From assembly GCA_965205025.1 (NCBI GenBank), contig CBDBFU010000004.1, positions 1 to 64,000 of the forward strand: a stretch of 64,000 bases of DNA. Direction: 5' to 3'. Below the pieces are notes generated by a model. That model was not told the DNA's origin. It ran no database searches and saw nothing but the letters and a program-made list of their open reading frames with translations. This DNA is from Candidatus Poribacteria bacterium (GTDB taxonomy: Bacteria; Poribacteria; WGA-4E; WGA-3G). Of the stretch, positions 60,109 to 64,000 are shown piece by piece. How positions within the stretch are numbered: position 1 is the first letter of the stretch; every line of letters starts with the position of its first letter. Position numbers and translations under genes: made by a program.

Positions 60109-61359
60109 TTATTCTTCCATTTGATCTTCATCTGTCGTTACCACTTTCAGTAAATCACCACGCTTAATATCTCTACTCTTATCAATAACCTTAACTATAG
60201 AAAGTCTGTCGTTTCGGATTTCAATAACTGCCACAGTTGCAATTTTGACAGGGATATAATCAAGTACTTCACCTGTGTCAATATCACGGATAGGTTTTCC
60301 GTCTGTAAAAACATCAAACTCTTGATTAATTGCTAATCCACGTGCGGAACCCGCATTGATATATATCATGTCGGGATTTTCACTATCGACATAGGTAATC
60401 TTAATCGGTTTGTCAGAAACCTGTTTTACAACTTTTTCTTCATTCTTATCAGAGACGACTGCTGCCTCCCAAGGTGTAATAAAGTTTGGACCATAGTTGT
60501 CTCTTAGTGCTAAAATAACCTTAATAAGAGCGTCATTGGTTACCATTCCAAAAAGTGTTCTGTCGTATTCTGCGGATGCGAATTTTATTTTATTTAGTTC
60601 TGTAGGTTTTACAATTGGTCGCGTGTTTTTGCCATGTTGTTCTGACATCTGTCCAAATCTCAGGTGTGAACCAGTTTCAGTTATACTTGCTTCTAAACCA
60701 GAGACTTGTGTCCCGGCAAGACTATGATAGCGCGTAGAAGAAACTGGAACAGTTGCTATTTCATTACCAGAGTCATCATATATTTCCATTTTTAATTCTA
60801 CTACTGCCCGATGTCGATAGCCAATAACCCCTATACCCGTCATATAACTTGCAGTTATTGATGTAGACGGTGCTTCTCTTCCTCCCTCTCTCAAACTACG
60901 GGATGCATTTGCTTTCATTCGTGAGAGTGAAAACTTCTTAATCTCTCCTAAAACAAGGACATCAGCATTTAGATGCTTTGCTAATGCAGAACGTTGCTCT
61001 TGATTTAGTTTCTTCAACCTATGACGAGGTAAGGTCAACTCTGCCATCGCATCCAACAATTCATCCTGCGAAACAGGAACATAGACTACGGTTTCGGCGA
61101 GTTTACGATTAAGCATTGTTTGAAACCCAACTTCCAAATCCCACTTTTTTTTTGTCCCGAAGATCGCGCCAATAAAGTTAGGGACGCAACCACACCCAGT
61201 TGAGGAGTCAAAACGGCTGTTATCCTCGAAATATAAAACCCCCACTCTTTTTGCTGATGGGTGTTGTTCTTCTGTATTTGAATAGCAATTTGATATATTT
61301 CCGTATAAGAAACTTATAGAGAAAACGATAATAATTATTCGTATAATATCTCGCACCAT
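60109..61359 (-). CDS. Exported protein with CsgG/TolB-N-like domain and FlgT C-terminal-like domain
   Basis: AAGGAGG RBS, signal peptide, RVGVLYFED, ADVLVLGEIKKF, IYINAGSARGL..FDVF..IRDIDTGEVL..IKRGD. Confidence 0.7.
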   Translation of the reverse strand: MVRDIIRIIIIVFSISFLYGNISNCYSNTEEQHPSAKRVGVLYFEDNSRFDSSTGCGCVPNFIGAIFGTKKKWDLEVGFQTMLNRKLAETVVYVPVSQDELLDAMAELTLPRHRLKKLNQEQRSALAKHLNADVLVLGEIKKFSLSRMKANASRSLREGGREAPSTSITASYMTGIGVIGYRHRAVVELKMEIYDDSGNEIATVPVSSTRYHSLAGTQVSGLEASITETGSHLRFGQMSEQHGKNTRPIVKPTELNKIKFASAEYDRTLFGMVTNDALIKVILALRDNYGPNFITPWEAAVVSDKNEEKVVKQVSDKPIKITYVDSENPDMIYINAGSARGLAINQEFDVFTDGKPIRDIDTGEVLDYIPVKIATVAVIEIRNDRLSIVKVIDKSRDIKRGDLLKVVTTDEDQMEE

Positions 61360-61917
61360 ATTCCTCCTTGATATATTGAGTTCTCTTTCACTTATAACGA
61401 AAATCACTCATCAATAGTTTACCAACTAATTGGATTTTACTCAATGTAAAACAATGAACGTGGGGTGTAATGTTTTTGGCATGAATACCACGAATCATAT
61501 AGTTTTAGTTTATAGTTTTTAGTTGTTTCAGAGTAACAGTGTAATTTTCAGAGCAAATGCTGTTAGATGATGTTTTATATTTTCTATAAAGTGAGTTATA
61601 GTCTGGATTCCTATGTATTTTCTAAATAGGTCATACCTCATAATTATTATATTAACGTGTGTTTGATAAGACACATTGTAACCCGAACTTTTAGTTAACA
61701 CCAGAGTGCACAAACTGGAAAGTTTGTGCTACAAAGACTATTTTCAAGACAAAATTCTGTTTATCGATCTGACATTTTTTATTATCAAACTGACGTTATA
61801 TTAAGAGTACTTTGTTCCTTACGATGTACTATATATTGAACCCAGTATTATTCTGTAAATTTACTGTTTTTTAGTTGTTCACAATAGTAATATAATTATT
61901 ATCTAATCGTTTAAAAT

Positions 61918-61949
61918 GTTACACTTTTTGTCACATCGTGTGACATTGA
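61918..61949 (-). promoter_or_regulatory. Second copy of the TGTCACA-N3-TGTGACA motif
   Basis: Reverse complement matches 12182-12213 at 30/32 positions. Confidence 0.5.
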
Positions 61950-63184
61950 TAAAATCCCTCTCTCGTTAGTACTACACTATGTTTACAGCCGCTTTTTTAA
62001 GGTTACAAGAATTTACAAAAATGAAGAATTTGTGTCTTTTTTCTATTCTTCTGGTCCATTGAATTGGTATTGTATGGATGTGAAATATCTTGTCTATCCA
62101 TTTTGATAAGATATTGAAATATATCCCATAAATCATATATTTGGAGGATTCTTTGGACGTGCCATTTGCTATATTTTGAACCAACGGGGAGATCCCGTTT
62201 TTACGAAGATTCGGACGGGGAGACCCCGTCCCTACGAAGAGGAACTGTCTTAATATGATACTCTTTAGTAAAACGAAAGAGAGTAAAATGAAAAAGTTAC
62301 ACTTTTCGTTACATGGTGTAACTTTGTAATATTGCTCTAATCCCTGTGGTGGACTGGGTTTATTGTAATTATCTTGAAATTTTAGAATTTTGAGTTTTGT
62401 GTCATTTTCTGGTTTTTCTGAATTTTCTGAGCACTGAAGCCATTCGCTATTTTTTCTATGTCTAATTGTATTTTTATGAATATTTTGGATTGTCATTTTT
62501 CATCTTCCTATTTATTGCTCTATGCTCTATCTTCTTTCTGTAGATGTGAATAACGATTCATATTTATGAGATACACCATAGTTTTATTTTCATAACACAA
62601 TTTTTAGATGCAAGATTTCAAACTGGTTTAAAATCAGTCCCAGAAAGGGTTTATAGATAATCCTGAAAATTGCGTTATTTTTATTTTTTTTTTAATATTT
62701 TCATACTATGCACTTGTTTAAACTACTCTAAACCTTGTTCTGGTATGGGTTTGTAGGCATATCAGATTTTAATTTTACTTGCATAACTGTTATGCAAGTT
62801 TCATAACAACAATTTAGCTATGCTTTTACTGTGATATGTATAGTAACATAATAAGATGTATGTGTGAAGACAAAAATTATATATTGTGATATATTTAATT
62901 ATTTTATTTACTATTGTCATTTTGAAATTATGGATATTTCTATAATATTATATCTTTAGTTGTGTTATGGTTTGGTTTTCTTCAATAATTCTTCAATTAT
63001 TATTGGTTATTATATTTTTTGTTTTATTTCTCTATGTGTTATGTCATTAATTCTGAATTATGGATGGTGGGTTGTGTATGATGAATGGGAGGGTGGAAGG
63101 ATGGAAGAGGAGAGGGATGTTTTGTTTTTTTGATTCTATAAATGTCTATTCCATGAATTGTTGTTATACATGTCTTTAAAATAT

Positions 63185-63250
63185 ACTGCCCACACTGGAA
63201 GTTTATGCTACATAAAAGAACTGCCCACACTGGAAGTTTATGCTACATGA
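63185..63250 (+). repeat. Tandem copies of ACTGCCCACACTGGAAGTTTATGCTACAT
   Basis: Two direct copies; same motif as the internal part of family C elements (reverse orientation at ~1985 and ~11685). Confidence 0.75.
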
Positions 63251-63502
63251 AACGCGAGTTTGATAACTTATAACTTTGGATTAGGTGTAGTCAGAAACCC
63301 TACCTAACGTGTAAGAAAGTGTATAATATTTTCAATATTCATCATAGTAAAGTTTACACGCCCTGATAACTCCAAACACCTTGATTCTCATTGTAAAATG
63401 TGTTAAAATATCCACTTATTATTGCTCATTCGTTACACTGATTATTGTAAGATCTCTCCGTTCTGTCACACAACTTCCTACTAACCTTCAAGGAAAACTG
63501 AG

Positions 63503-64000
63503 ATGAGAAAAGTATTATCAGACTATATAAAAACACAGGAAGATTTCGAACGATTCTGTAATTTGTTCTTGAAAAAGGAAATATCTCCCCTTGTAAAGGT
63601 TTACAACACATCAGGACCTGATGGGGGTATTGATGCGGAATACTGTGGGACATACGCCGGGAAAAATGGTCGTTGGGTGTTTCAGTGCAAATTCCGTAAC
63701 TTACCAAATACAGAGAAAACGCGACGCAACATCATTTCTGTTATGAAAGGTGACAAGAGAAGAAAAGACAAAAGAGGGGAGTTAGACAAAGCAAATGAAT
63801 CGAAATGTGATCATTATATCCTAATAACCAACGTCTCGCTGACTTCAGGGAACATTGGTGAAATCAAGGGTATTCAAAGTCAGAAAGGCTATACTTTTTC
63901 ATTAGACGTTTGGGATGCTGAAGACCTGATTACAATGATCGATGAATTTCCCTACATACTAAATTCATTCCGAGATCCGCATCTACCTGTATTCCTTTCT
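63503..64000 (+). CDS. Mrr-like restriction endonuclease domain protein (5' part; continues past window end)
   Basis: Manual translation: MRKVLSDYIKTQEDFERFCNLFL...SGPDGGIDAEY...WVFQCKF...YILITNV...VWDAEDL. 166 open codons, absent from ORF track. Confidence 0.8.
   Translation, partial: MRKVLSDYIKTQEDFERFCNLFLKKEISPLVKVYNTSGPDGGIDAEYCGTYAGKNGRWVFQCKFRNLPNTEKTRRNIISVMKGDKRRKDKRGELDKANESKCDHYILITNVSLTSGNIGEIKGIQSQKGYTFSLDVWDAEDLITMIDEFPYILNSFRDPHLPVFLS

Noticed and set aside
61528-63230. ORFs 61528-61713, 61972-62496 and 63039-63230
   Set aside because: They cross REP-like repeats and AT-rich DNA with no protein features, so they are probably spurious.
1-64000. rRNA, tRNA (including selC) or selA/selB/selD genes
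   Set aside because: None recognised in this window. The Sec machinery would have to be encoded elsewhere in the genome.

Overview
Bacterial genomic window, probably Candidatus Poribacteria. That assignment is an inference from the signal-peptide WD40 proteins with an 'LPEGAxxRLGKG' start, the PhyH pair, and the LamG protein ending in 'VEP..KLTTTWATLK'. Contents in order: PhyH/amidohydrolase genes, a UvrD helicase with inserted RecJ-like and DEDDh exonuclease modules, truD, an array of Selenoprotein N (SelN/SELENON)-like genes, LamG and WD40 proteins, a hydroxyproline-type enolase and cyclodeaminase pair separated by a putative R-M cassette, a vWA/DUF4159/coiled-coil/GH3 operon, a ~21 kb Fur-box-marked iron/heme uptake region, xylF, and the start of an Mrr-like nuclease gene. 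Main finding: four ORFs in the track (12511-13296 with 13312-14118, and 14956-15720 with 15736-16908) read as two full-length genes. Each has an in-frame UGA in a C-U-G-S-G motif followed by a SECIS-like hairpin, and each resembles animal SelN along its length. Remnants of two further copies, a truncated ECF sigma factor and a transposase fragment flank them. Intergenic DNA is rich in nested MITE-like and REP-like elements. Three homopolymer frameshifts are probably sequencing errors. All family assignments are from recognised motifs; no searches were run.
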